Source: an uncultured Clostridia bacterium (GTDB taxonomy: Bacteria > Bacillota > Clostridia > Oscillospirales > Ruminococcaceae). From it: a stretch of DNA of 38,730 nucleotides. A program made the translations under genes and the position numbers. Within the stretch, counting starts at the first letter, position 1, and each line of letters starts with the position of its first letter. Location: positions 1 through 38,730 of the forward strand of contig CANRDG010000001.1 in the NCBI GenBank assembly GCA_947629275.1, in the 5' to 3' direction. The notes below the pieces were generated by a model. The model worked only from the letters and a program-made list of their open reading frames with translations, was not told the DNA's origin and searched no databases. This document shows positions 8,201 through 15,778 of this stretch, piece by piece.

Positions 8201-9694
8201 GCCTGCAAGCCTTTGAACCTGCTTTACAGCTTCACCGGCACTTTCAGCAAATTCATCTGCCGATTCGGTAGATGTGCTTAAGCCGTTTTGCAGAGATGAA
8301 TAATCTATTTTCGGCAGTTCAAATCCCCATTTATTTGCCAAATATTCGGTTGCTTCGGTAAGCAGTCTTACAAATACCTGTATGTATGGTATCAGCTTGA
8401 CCGCAACTATAGATATGATATTACCCAATGCACGTTTTAACTGCGTAAGCTGCTGCTCCAGTATACGCATACTGTTCGCAGGGGTAATGATAGTTCTTGC
8501 CATATCGCCCATGACATTTTTACTTTGGTCAAGTATAGCGATATATCTCAACTGCGACTTCTGCGCCTGTGTCATTGTGTTTATGCTCTGAGTTATACCG
8601 TTATTGTAAGCGATCTGCTGTAAGGTAGCGGCATCAAGCGCATAGCCGAGCCGTCTGAGCGGCTCTAATTCGCCCGAAATACCCGACTGAACTTTCTGCA
8701 TAGCTTCGTCTATATCGGTATTGAAAAAAGATGCTATATCGTAGCCGATTTGAGTAAGGTTTTTGCTCATTATATCGGCTTTTTCATTTACAACTCCAAA
8801 TCCTGTTGTTATCTGTTTGAAAATACCCCAGTTTCTTATAAATTCGGACGGATCTATGCCGAGCAGTTCTTTCACCTTTTCTGCATAGTTATAAGCCTCT
8901 TCTGCACTATCGCCCATTGCAACATTAAAGAGATTGAGATTTTCAACAAACTGATTGCTTTCATTAAGTGCATCAAAAGCAAATTGACCAAATTTTTTTA
9001 TGGCGTAAGCAGCCGCTATAGCTCTTACTCTGATGTCCGAAAATAAAGTTTTCAGGAAAGAGCCTTTTTTATTAAAACTATTTGTCGCTGTATTAGCTTT
9101 TTCAACGTTTTGAGTAACTTTATTTATGTTATTCGGCAATGCATTGAACGCCTGACCTACCGTATTTAGGTTTTGCGCCAATGGTATTATAGCCGTATTT
9201 ATCTCATTCATAGCTGCGGCAAACTTTTGCGTGTCTACCGTTTCAAGAGCTTTCGCCGTCTCCGGCAAACGCTCTAATGATCTAAGGTAGGAGCTAAGAT
9301 TACTCTTGCCCATTGTTTCAAAGGGCTTGAACATATCTGCAATTGCCTTAGCTTTTTCAGTGTTTACATTTATGCTGTTTATCAAAAGTGATACTTCGGT
9401 CAAAGTTTTTGCAGCATTTCTTACCTTTGTAAGGTTAGGTACACTTATTGTATTGAGCTTATTTATGCTGTTTACAAGCGACGTTATCTTTGTGCCGGGA
9501 TCTGCTGTGCTATTTAATTTTTGCGTGATAGCGTGTATCTTATCAATTTCTGATGTGATCTTATCAAAGCCCTTTATCGAGACAGTTTGAGATTTCAGCT
9601 TTTCAAGTCTAGCTATAAGTTCGTCAAGGGATTTTTCTGCCCTGTCTGCACTTGCAGATACCTCAATATTAAGCTTATCAATATCTAATGCCAT
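5246..9694 (-). CDS. Tail tape measure protein (1482 aa)
   Basis: Start re-set to MALDIDKL with SD GGTGAGG. Long coiled-coil-like N-terminal half, a TM-like Gly/Ala-rich hydrophobic segment (GYAGAIGVAFAATGPIGAAVTAVGGFVGMIG), and Ser/Gly-rich ~45-aa tandem repeats near the C-terminus. It occupies the canonical position after the tail chaperone genes. Confidence 0.9.
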   Translation of the reverse strand: MALDIDKLNIEVSASADRAEKSLDELIARLEKLKSQTVSIKGFDKITSEIDKIHAITQKLNSTADPGTKITSLVNSINKLNTISVPNLTKVRNAAKTLTEVSLLINSINVNTEKAKAIADMFKPFETMGKSNLSSYLRSLERLPETAKALETVDTQKFAAAMNEINTAIIPLAQNLNTVGQAFNALPNNINKVTQNVEKANTATNSFNKKGSFLKTLFSDIRVRAIAAAYAIKKFGQFAFDALNESNQFVENLNLFNVAMGDSAEEAYNYAEKVKELLGIDPSEFIRNWGIFKQITTGFGVVNEKADIMSKNLTQIGYDIASFFNTDIDEAMQKVQSGISGELEPLRRLGYALDAATLQQIAYNNGITQSINTMTQAQKSQLRYIAILDQSKNVMGDMARTIITPANSMRILEQQLTQLKRALGNIISIVAVKLIPYIQVFVRLLTEATEYLANKWGFELPKIDYSSLQNGLSTSTESADEFAESAGEAVKQVQRLAGFDELNILQSPDTSSGVGSSQAGGGYDLGIDLPEYDFLAGLDSNTDRLYKSIKNKALDFIDKLKNIKDFLSENKELIIIIGELLASIWTVKKLSTYADGLVGLFKSFNKVSDSAKDAEKYTQKLNKIKLAAITTAFSTLVGIDFGRHIANETLTAKSAILDLTGYAGAIGVAFAATGPIGAAVTAVGGFVGMIGSLAVECKKAKEEADKAEQQYYRVAYLFDHTGVPLEKAVAAFKNYTSSFDEYISHFSTLSCEIDSIQNDIDITANDIQSTFNKLKFTPEMTDQVDFTELKSKIEQLYKDTKLIIEKETQTIIDGINMSFDGLKYNVDNSALSAEVYLSQNNLFNEIDKSMQKAIELTDKLSTLSKGTKDYNDTLKALEEELLKMSTVNASTEDYTYDMKWLFNDLMKSGKYDLGNEDEVDRVISEFETEYSAAYENIRETFKIQKQSAQQLVNQANAFGVDSAPLEETLNLIAEKENTALSELDRVAGGILYSISSQIGKAESAAEDEARKAAAESDRRYADLWQTSRGEYKDVLGNTWQLNEIEDEEFRVKDAEVLKNVHASFNKTKKRVNNSTLPKGSASDMVYLMTGTNSFADLGLKYGLSFITGANSAFKSKSIDPTLDKAAQKRYNNYAKQQAEKYAQSTAGAYTGGLTAALGGSLSLAVMQTAASQFAIAQNSCNAAASNSGSIIGSLFKNAITSLVGRSSPEMAASISSMFTAGKDQSIFSILTAANSSGSSFVTTVKNMLTRNGPASAAEGIATMFLSGKNQSLADINSSASSSGSSFITTLKNNISGGGGIIGSAIRTLAGSLPTNTSESFKSSGRSAGTSFFDGFKDMFSKLFSTGFRLSTGVFGGGSLFINNLSSTPILKAPDTPIFKTPALPDIGTYASGGIPRNGDMFIANENGAELIGRIGSRTAVANDTQISESIRQGVRSAISETGGMVSQEDTGDIYIFLDSEQIAFTMEKRRLSNIVRSNGKGE

Positions 9695-9731
9695 GTACCT
9701 CACCACCACTTCTTTGCAAGGCACATGGCAC

Positions 9732-10169
9732 TTAGTTCTTATTTTTCCCTTTATCTTTGTTCACACTTATAAATCGTTCAAGATATAGCTGCATTTTCAG
9801 CCGTTCGTTCTCTATCGCCTGCTGTTTCTTTTCTTCGCTGTCTATATCTGACATATTTTCTTTTGTATCTTTCATGTTGTATGGCTTATCAGGGTAAGGC
9901 AGAGCAGTTGTGCCCTTTTTTGCAAACGCTCGCAGCAATGGAGCGGCACAGCAAAATGCTTCATACATATATCTGCCGTTTAGCCATGCATCCCGATCCG
10001 CTTTTTTAAATTCTCTTTCCTGCCGTATCTTCTCAGCTTCTCTGTAAAAAATTGGGAGAGCCAAATCGCCCTCCCAAAATTCTTCAGCGGTCATTCCTAT
10101 TGACAAATAATACGGAAGGCATTCGTAGAATATCTCTGTATATGTCCGGGAGCCGGATCTTACTCCCAC
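9732..10169 (-). CDS. Hypothetical protein in the gpT position (possible -1 frameshift extension of the tail assembly chaperone)
   Basis: The ORF track starts it at a GTG with no SD. Its frame is -1 relative to the upstream chaperone and stays open for 13 codons upstream of that GTG, overlapping the chaperone's 3' end. It lies between the chaperone and the TMP. Confidence 0.5.
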   Translation of the reverse strand: MGVRSGSRTYTEIFYECLPYYLSIGMTAEEFWEGDLALPIFYREAEKIRQEREFKKADRDAWLNGRYMYEAFCCAAPLLRAFAKKGTTALPYPDKPYNMKDTKENMSDIDSEEKKQQAIENERLKMQLYLERFISVNKDKGKNKN

Positions 10170-10549
10170 GTCGCTAAAGACTCGACGTTCTCCTGTTCGT
10201 TCTGAATATCGGGATCAAGAAGCGCGATCACCGTTTTTGCAAACATTTCAGTCAGTTTTGAAAGCAGCTTGTTCCGGTTGGCAATATTATCGTAAATATC
10301 GTCTATCACCTGTGCATTACCGACTACCAGCGAGCGGTGGTGCTTAAAGAACGCATATCTGAACAGCGTATCACGAGTAGTTATAGACATATTACTTATA
10401 AGATCCTGCGCCGACATACCTGTCTGCGCTTCAACTGCTTTTACGGTCTTTCTGTCATATTCAAGCATATAAGGGCGATCCTTATATCTCACAGTGATAC
10501 TGTTTTTATCAGCAAGCTTGACAGTGTCGTTGATTTTTTCTGTACTCAT
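10160..10549 (-). CDS. Tail assembly chaperone (gpG-like)
   Basis: Start re-set to MSTEKIND with SD GGAGG 9 nt upstream. It lies directly after the major tail protein and before the TMP. Size is about 129 aa. Confidence 0.6.
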   Translation of the reverse strand: MSTEKINDTVKLADKNSITVRYKDRPYMLEYDRKTVKAVEAQTGMSAQDLISNMSITTRDTLFRYAFFKHHRSLVVGNAQVIDDIYDNIANRNKLLSKLTEMFAKTVIALLDPDIQNEQENVESLATWE

Positions 10550-10577
10550 TTTAACATACCTCCGCATTTAAAATATT

Positions 10578-11057
10578 TTATTCAATAGTGGGCTTTGTGT
10601 CCCATTCAGGCGCGTTAGTCGGCGTTATATACAGCTGTGCTTCAAGCACGTTATTAACTTCCGTCTCCGGCATACCCAATGGTGACGGTTCACCTGTAAA
10701 ATAGCAAGCCTTTTCAAGCCCCGGTATAACAACTACAAACCACACCGCTTTATCTGCTTTCTTGCTTGCATTAAATGTAGTCATCAGTGTATCCCAACAA
10801 TTCATCAATGCCTGCGACAGATTCGCGGTAAGCGCCATTGCTCCGCCGAGATCTTTAAGCCCCGGTATATAGGTCTTAAACTCTGTTTCTGCAAGCGTTG
10901 TGGTTTCCAGCGTTTCGGGTTCTCCGTCAAGTGCAGGTGTTGATTTGATGCCTAGAATATCAGTCCAGCCCTCTGTAGGACGTGTTCCAGATTCGGTTTC
11001 GGCGGCATAATACATATGTATACCAGCCGTACTAAGTGAAATTATAGCTTCTGCCAT
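10578..11057 (-). CDS. Major tail protein
   Basis: 159 aa with SD AAGGAGGA. Canonical position. Ser/Thr/Gly-rich sequence resembling TP901-1/phi13-type major tail proteins. Confidence 0.7.
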   Translation of the reverse strand: MAEAIISLSTAGIHMYYAAETESGTRPTEGWTDILGIKSTPALDGEPETLETTTLAETEFKTYIPGLKDLGGAMALTANLSQALMNCWDTLMTTFNASKKADKAVWFVVVIPGLEKACYFTGEPSPLGMPETEVNNVLEAQLYITPTNAPEWDTKPTIE

Positions 11058-11096
11058 TTTTTATTCCTCCTTAAAAAATTGGCACATGGCACTTTA

Positions 11097-11510
11097 TCAT
11101 TTTGTATAAACATACCCGTCCGTGCCAACGACAGCGGTATAACGCGCTTTTAGCCTATAAATGGTCGAATTTGCCAAGTTTTCAACAGGCTCACAGAATG
11201 TACGCACAAAGCCTGTTTCAGTAAAGACCTTATCAACAGATGACATGATATCTTTCGCCTGTGCTTTTTTATCGGAAGTCAGATTGCTGTAAACATCTAC
11301 TTCAAACATAGCATTGGTAAAGTTTTCATATTTCGCGTTATCAATACCCTTTTCATATACGGTCGTGCTCATCATGACGATACTCACAGCCGGAAAGGTC
11401 GTGCTTTCAGCCTTTATCATGTTACGTTCTCCGGTTACGTATATATTTTCATACTCCGACCGAAGATAAACAGCTATCTTGTTGAATATATAGTTCTCGA
11501 AGTCATTCAT
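11097..11510 (-). CDS. Putative tail terminator / tail completion protein
   Basis: Start re-set to MNDFENY. Its ATG overlaps the upstream stop as ATGA. The call is by position only. Confidence 0.45.
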   Translation of the reverse strand: MNDFENYIFNKIAVYLRSEYENIYVTGERNMIKAESTTFPAVSIVMMSTTVYEKGIDNAKYENFTNAMFEVDVYSNLTSDKKAQAKDIMSSVDKVFTETGFVRTFCEPVENLANSTIYRLKARYTAVVGTDGYVYTK

Positions 11511-12019
11511 CTGAATACCTCCCGTACACATTGCTGCAAAGATCTCTCCATTTCTAGCACAGTTTCATACATGAACGGTCTGCTCGGCATACCCTCGGTA
11601 AATCGCCACTCCCCGTCATCTGTCGGGTAGAACCAACCGACTTTGCCGTCTTTAGTAGTCACATATTTTGTGCCGCCTGTGTAATGGTATCCTGCCTTGC
11701 TGATAGCTGTGCCCGGATATGGTTCTGCTTCTCCGACAGTGCCCGTGCCAAATTCAACAAATACAGCATAGTTGCAATCTACTGTAATATACCCTGCATT
11801 AAGCAAAGGCGAATAATACCCACTTACTGAGTTTAGCAGCTCTCCGGTATCATAAGCGCCTATCTCTATTATCTTAACGCGGCATACTTCAAGCCCAAGA
11901 TCTATAAGGTTCTGCACTATAAGCATTGACTTATTACGCACACTCTCCTTATACGCTTTAAGCTGAGATATAGCCTTGTTTATAGATTGAGGAGACAAAG
12001 TAAACTTTATATTGGTCAC
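11507..12019 (-). CDS. HK97 gp10-like head-tail (neck) protein
   Basis: Contains DTGELLNSV...YAVFVEFGTG, which matches the tG-L--s / Ya--vEfGt signature of the HK97 gp10 family. Its start overlaps the upstream stop. Confidence 0.6.
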   Translation of the reverse strand: MTNIKFTLSPQSINKAISQLKAYKESVRNKSMLIVQNLIDLGLEVCRVKIIEIGAYDTGELLNSVSGYYSPLLNAGYITVDCNYAVFVEFGTGTVGEAEPYPGTAISKAGYHYTGGTKYVTTKDGKVGWFYPTDDGEWRFTEGMPSRPFMYETVLEMERSLQQCVREVFR

Positions 12020-12375
12020 TGCACTGTCACTCGCTTTATGGCATATACAGTTTCATTTAGGCTTTTGGCAACTTTTTTGACAATGAAATTATGAGGCTTT
12101 GTAATAGGGTCTGTGTCGATCCACAGTATACTGTTTTCGTTTATTTCGCAGTCCAAAGATGTGACAGACATAGTGCGGTCATAATCTGCAAGATTGCCAA
12201 ACATCTGTTCAGACGTAATGCCTTTATTTGCAGACAAGGAAATATTTATACTTCTCAGATCGGAATATATATTCTTTTCTGCGCCCGAATAATTTCCGTA
12301 CTCATCTTTAAGCAGCTCGCTGCGGACAAACTGTTTATAGTATATTTTTTGCTGATTTCGCCGCAGATCTCTCAT
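12016..12375 (-). CDS. Putative head closure / head-tail joining protein
   Basis: Start re-set to MRDLRRNQ (ATGA overlap at 12372..12375). It lies between the gp6-like connector and the gp10-like protein. The call is positional. Confidence 0.45.
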   Translation of the reverse strand: MRDLRRNQQKIYYKQFVRSELLKDEYGNYSGAEKNIYSDLRSINISLSANKGITSEQMFGNLADYDRTMSVTSLDCEINENSILWIDTDPITKPHNFIVKKVAKSLNETVYAIKRVTVQ

Positions 12376-12692
12376 ATCATCAGACCCCCACACAAGGGAG
12401 TTATCTCGTCAAGCAGATCTTCTGATACCCAAGATGACTTATAAGAACGGCTCACACCGTTTTCAGAATGTGCCAGTTCCCCCTCTGCGCCTATCTTGTT
12501 GTAAAGATCCATAGCTATTCGTACCTGAAGGTCTTTATACTTGTCCTCAACTTCATTAGGATAATTACCAAAAGGAAAGCGCCTTTCAAATATGATAGAC
12601 TTAGCACTGGCGAGCAGTTCTTCAAGCAAAGGTTTTTCAAGTTCTTCGCCGTCTAAAGCCAAGCGAATACGAAGCTTTTCTATCTGTTCCAT
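12372..12692 (-). CDS. gp6-like head-tail connector protein
   Basis: 106 aa, directly after the capsid gene. N-terminal LRIRLALDGEELEKPLLEELLASAKSII and the overall size resemble Phage_connect_1 proteins. Confidence 0.6.
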   Translation of the reverse strand: MEQIEKLRIRLALDGEELEKPLLEELLASAKSIIFERRFPFGNYPNEVEDKYKDLQVRIAMDLYNKIGAEGELAHSENGVSRSYKSSWVSEDLLDEITPLCGGLMI

Positions 12693-12718
12693 TAAGACAC
12701 TCTCCTTTTCAATAAAAC

Positions 12719-14077
12719 TTATACAGCAGCTTTTGACTTGATCTTAGCTGTACCGCATTTTACAGCCAACCCGTCTGCATCAACTTCGACAATAAGTATT
12801 GTCTGATCTGTAGTAGCAGTTATTTCGTCAACACCGTTCCAGTTGCTATAACCGCCGCTTATCTTATCACCGTATGCAGGCGCTGTCACGCTAGCACCTG
12901 TCTTATACTTGTAAGTATGTCCGGGTTCTATCATTGGCGACACTGTGATAGCTGTCTTGCCGCTTTCACTGCCCTCTGCCGAGGTTACGGTAATAGGCTC
13001 TATCTTAGTGTTTGTATTAAGTACAAAAATGTCGCCAAGATGTTCAAATGAGGGCATAACTATCTGTGATGCCCATATTTTTGTCAGAACGGGTGGTCCT
13101 GCTTCGGTAGAAGTACATACTGCAACACCGGTATGAACGATCTTAACATCAACATCGCGTTTTGATTTAAGGTCGGATTCTTCCGGTGTAGTTCCGTATC
13201 TCGTAGAGCCAAGCTGCTTCAGCTGGATAAACGTAACTATATCGTCGGGGAAGAACGCCTTAGAATCGCCGTTCTCGTCTGTAAATGTCAGATCTCTTTC
13301 CAGAACAGTGATCTTGTAGTTCTGCTGTATAAATTTCTTGACAAGTTCATTTGTCAGGAAAACTACACCTGCTCCCGGTGCCGCCTGTGAAATGATATAT
13401 GGTCTTATCTTTTCATTCTCAACAATGTCGGTCATTGTTTTTGAAGAGAGGATCATTGCATCAGGCGTATGACCCATTTTTGCAAGCGTTCTCTTAGCCT
13501 GCTCAATATCGTGCAGAGGATTAGAATTAGTGTGATCCGTCCAAGCTGCTGTGCCGCTTAATCCTTTCCAGTTTTTCTTTTTGAAAGAACCGTCGGGGCT
13601 GTAATTAAACGAATATACTACGTCGTCTGCCGCTATATTTATTTCAGGTTCACCGTATTCGGGTGAGAGCAGCTGCATTATCATTCTTTCGGGTACTACA
13701 TCAGCGCCGCGAATCAGCTTAGTTGCATCATCAAAGATGTTTTCAAGAACTGCCGTAATATACGGGTCATTCATATCCGCCGCTCTGTTAAGCTCCTGCC
13801 TGTCCTTTTCAAAGATAGGTATTCCCTCACGGAAAAACGGCATTTCGTTCTGTAGCTTAAGTCCACCTATGCGACTTCTTATGTTTGGTTTGGCATCAAA
13901 AGTAGTCGGGCGCAGAGAAATAGGCTGTTGCGAGTTGCCTATGATCTGCGTAAGGTCAAGACCGTTCTGCTTTTTCGGCGGAAACAGTATAGGACCTAAA
14001 TACTGGGTGCTTTCAGCCGGCAAGTTATCAACATATGCCGATATAACTTTGGCATTAACAACTTCATTAACGTCCAT
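12719..14077 (-). CDS. Major capsid protein (lambda gpE-like family) with a ~95-aa C-terminal Ig-like extension
   Basis: SD AAAGGAGA. The N-terminal 350 aa follow the capsid-E pattern (LFPPKK...). The C-terminus PITVTSAEGSESGKTAITVSP...ILIVEVDADGLAVKCGTAKI looks like a Big_2-type beta-sandwich. Confidence 0.8.
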   Translation of the reverse strand: MDVNEVVNAKVISAYVDNLPAESTQYLGPILFPPKKQNGLDLTQIIGNSQQPISLRPTTFDAKPNIRSRIGGLKLQNEMPFFREGIPIFEKDRQELNRAADMNDPYITAVLENIFDDATKLIRGADVVPERMIMQLLSPEYGEPEINIAADDVVYSFNYSPDGSFKKKNWKGLSGTAAWTDHTNSNPLHDIEQAKRTLAKMGHTPDAMILSSKTMTDIVENEKIRPYIISQAAPGAGVVFLTNELVKKFIQQNYKITVLERDLTFTDENGDSKAFFPDDIVTFIQLKQLGSTRYGTTPEESDLKSKRDVDVKIVHTGVAVCTSTEAGPPVLTKIWASQIVMPSFEHLGDIFVLNTNTKIEPITVTSAEGSESGKTAITVSPMIEPGHTYKYKTGASVTAPAYGDKISGGYSNWNGVDEITATTDQTILIVEVDADGLAVKCGTAKIKSKAAV

Positions 14078-14094
14078 AAGTATTCTCCTTTCGT

Positions 14095-14424
14095 TTATTC
14101 AAAAAATGTTATGCGAGGAAGAGCGCTTTTTGCCGCTTCATCAACGCTAACTCCTAGCGCGGCAAGCTTCTTTGCCGATACATCACCGACATATACGAGC
14201 GCTACCGCTGCATCACCGTCTGTTACATCTGTTTCATGCAACAGCAGCCCCAAGCACTTGTCATCATTTGAGGGCAAAGGCGTACCTGCCGGCAAGACTT
14301 TCTTTCCTTTTGCATTTGCCTGAACATCAGCTGATCTTACAGTGTATGGTCTGGCTGAAAAATCAAATGTTCTTAAAAAAGTGATCTCTTCGCCCAGTTT
14401 ACTTACTTTAGTTGACATTGACAT
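14095..14424 (-). CDS. Head decoration protein (gpD/HDPD-like)
   Basis: 109 aa with SD GGAGG. It lies between the scaffold and capsid-E genes. Contains the motif LGLLLHETDVTDGDAAVALVYVGDV. Confidence 0.5.
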   Translation of the reverse strand: MSMSTKVSKLGEEITFLRTFDFSARPYTVRSADVQANAKGKKVLPAGTPLPSNDDKCLGLLLHETDVTDGDAAVALVYVGDVSAKKLAALGVSVDEAAKSALPRITFFE

Positions 14425-14428
14425 GATT

Positions 14429-15028
14429 TTAACCTCCTATGATATTTTTTAAATTTTCTGCACTTACCTTGGCAGCATCAGCACGACTTTTGGCAAAACT
14501 TATAGCCAGTTGTTCAGCAGCGCTGTACTGATCTTTTTTGTCATTATCGTCCTTCTTCTCCGAGGTTTTGCCGTCCGGTTTTGGAGTTTTACTTATTGAG
14601 TTGTCTTTATACTCCTGCTCCCATGCTGCTTTTCGCTTCTGTAGCATTTTGGAAATAGCTTTTGCACTGCTCAGAGTATCGTTTTCGTCTTCCTTGACGA
14701 TACTGTCGATAAAGTCTTTGTAATCTTCAGATGCCAGACCATCAGCTACAAATATAGCCTCTGCCTTAGTTTTGTTCAAAAGCATAAGATTATCGCGCCT
14801 TGCCTTTTCCGCCTGTTCAAGAGCAATTTTCACACGCTCTTCATTGGAAAGTTTTTCGCGCTCATACTCTTCAAACTTTTTGGCTTTTTCTCTCAACTCT
14901 TTAAGGTCGTCGTCTTTGATCGAGGCTCCCTTTGCAGAATTGACCTCGCTGTTGTGCTGATTCAGAAAAGCAGTTATTTCATCATCAGTAGCGTTTGGAA
15001 AGATCTTTTTTACATCTTCTCGTGTCAT
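14429..15028 (-). CDS. Head scaffolding protein
   Basis: Start re-set to MTREDVKK with SD AAGGAG. Highly charged and helical (Lys/Glu-rich). It lies upstream of the decoration and capsid genes. Confidence 0.6.
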   Translation of the reverse strand: MTREDVKKIFPNATDDEITAFLNQHNSEVNSAKGASIKDDDLKELREKAKKFEEYEREKLSNEERVKIALEQAEKARRDNLMLLNKTKAEAIFVADGLASEDYKDFIDSIVKEDENDTLSSAKAISKMLQKRKAAWEQEYKDNSISKTPKPDGKTSEKKDDNDKKDQYSAAEQLAISFAKSRADAAKVSAENLKNIIGG

Positions 15029-15103
15029 AAGTAATGCTCCTTTCACATCTACGCTTTTTAACGCTGGTCGCTCAGCTGATGTTTGCTGTTTGCCGCACAG
15101 CTG

Positions 15104-15778
15104 CTATTTTACAGGTCTTATACTACACCTGCAATTTACTGTTTCTGCTGCTGATGCACCATAAGAATCGTCTTTGGGGAACATCATCAGCTCACCGCCG
15201 ACTTCAAACGGTTCAAGTATCGGTTTTTCCTGACCATTTGCTTCGTGATGTGTTTTTCGTTCTCTGCCGTCTATAGTGCATACCCATTTTTTCATTTTAT
15301 AACCTTGCTGTAGCAGACTTTCGATCTCTGCTAGGTTATATGTCGTCATTATCTCGTTTCGTACGATATTTAATATTCTTTCGTCACTAGCTGCTTTTTC
15401 AGGCTTGCCAATAATAAAATACTTCATAGATGCCCGTGCTATATATTTAGCAACTCTTTCGGAATGTGCTTTCAACCAGTCTGTAGAATAATCGGATATT
15501 TTTCCGTGCAACGGACAGAGCATATTCAAAAATTCTTTTAATGTTCGCTCTGAAAGAGAATTAAATTCTCTTTTAAGCAGTATATAAACCGCCGCTAAAT
15601 AAAGTATTTTTTCTTTACTATTGCTTTTTTCACTGATATTTTTTTGCTTTGCAAATATAGGAGTAATAGCCTTTTCGGCTTCTCCAATAAGTCTTACCGC
15701 CTTTACTTTTTCAGCCGAAGATATATCGTACTGAGAAACATACAGTATATTAAGTTCGTCTTTATTGCTTATTGGCAT
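15104..15778 (-). CDS. Minor head protein (Mu F / SPP1 gp7-like)
   Basis: The C-terminal DGRERKTHHEANGQ...NCRCS motif is typical of the Phage_Mu_F family. It overlaps the portal 3' end. Confidence 0.75.
   Translation of the reverse strand: MPISNKDELNILYVSQYDISSAEKVKAVRLIGEAEKAITPIFAKQKNISEKSNSKEKILYLAAVYILLKREFNSLSERTLKEFLNMLCPLHGKISDYSTDWLKAHSERVAKYIARASMKYFIIGKPEKAASDERILNIVRNEIMTTYNLAEIESLLQQGYKMKKWVCTIDGRERKTHHEANGQEKPILEPFEVGGELMMFPKDDSYGASAAETVNCRCSIRPVK

Noticed and set aside
9720-11094. TGGCAC in the recurring motif as a sigma-54 (-24/-12) promoter
   Set aside because: The TGGCAC reading is on the + strand, antisense to every gene nearby. The required TTGC element 5 nt downstream is absent in all copies.
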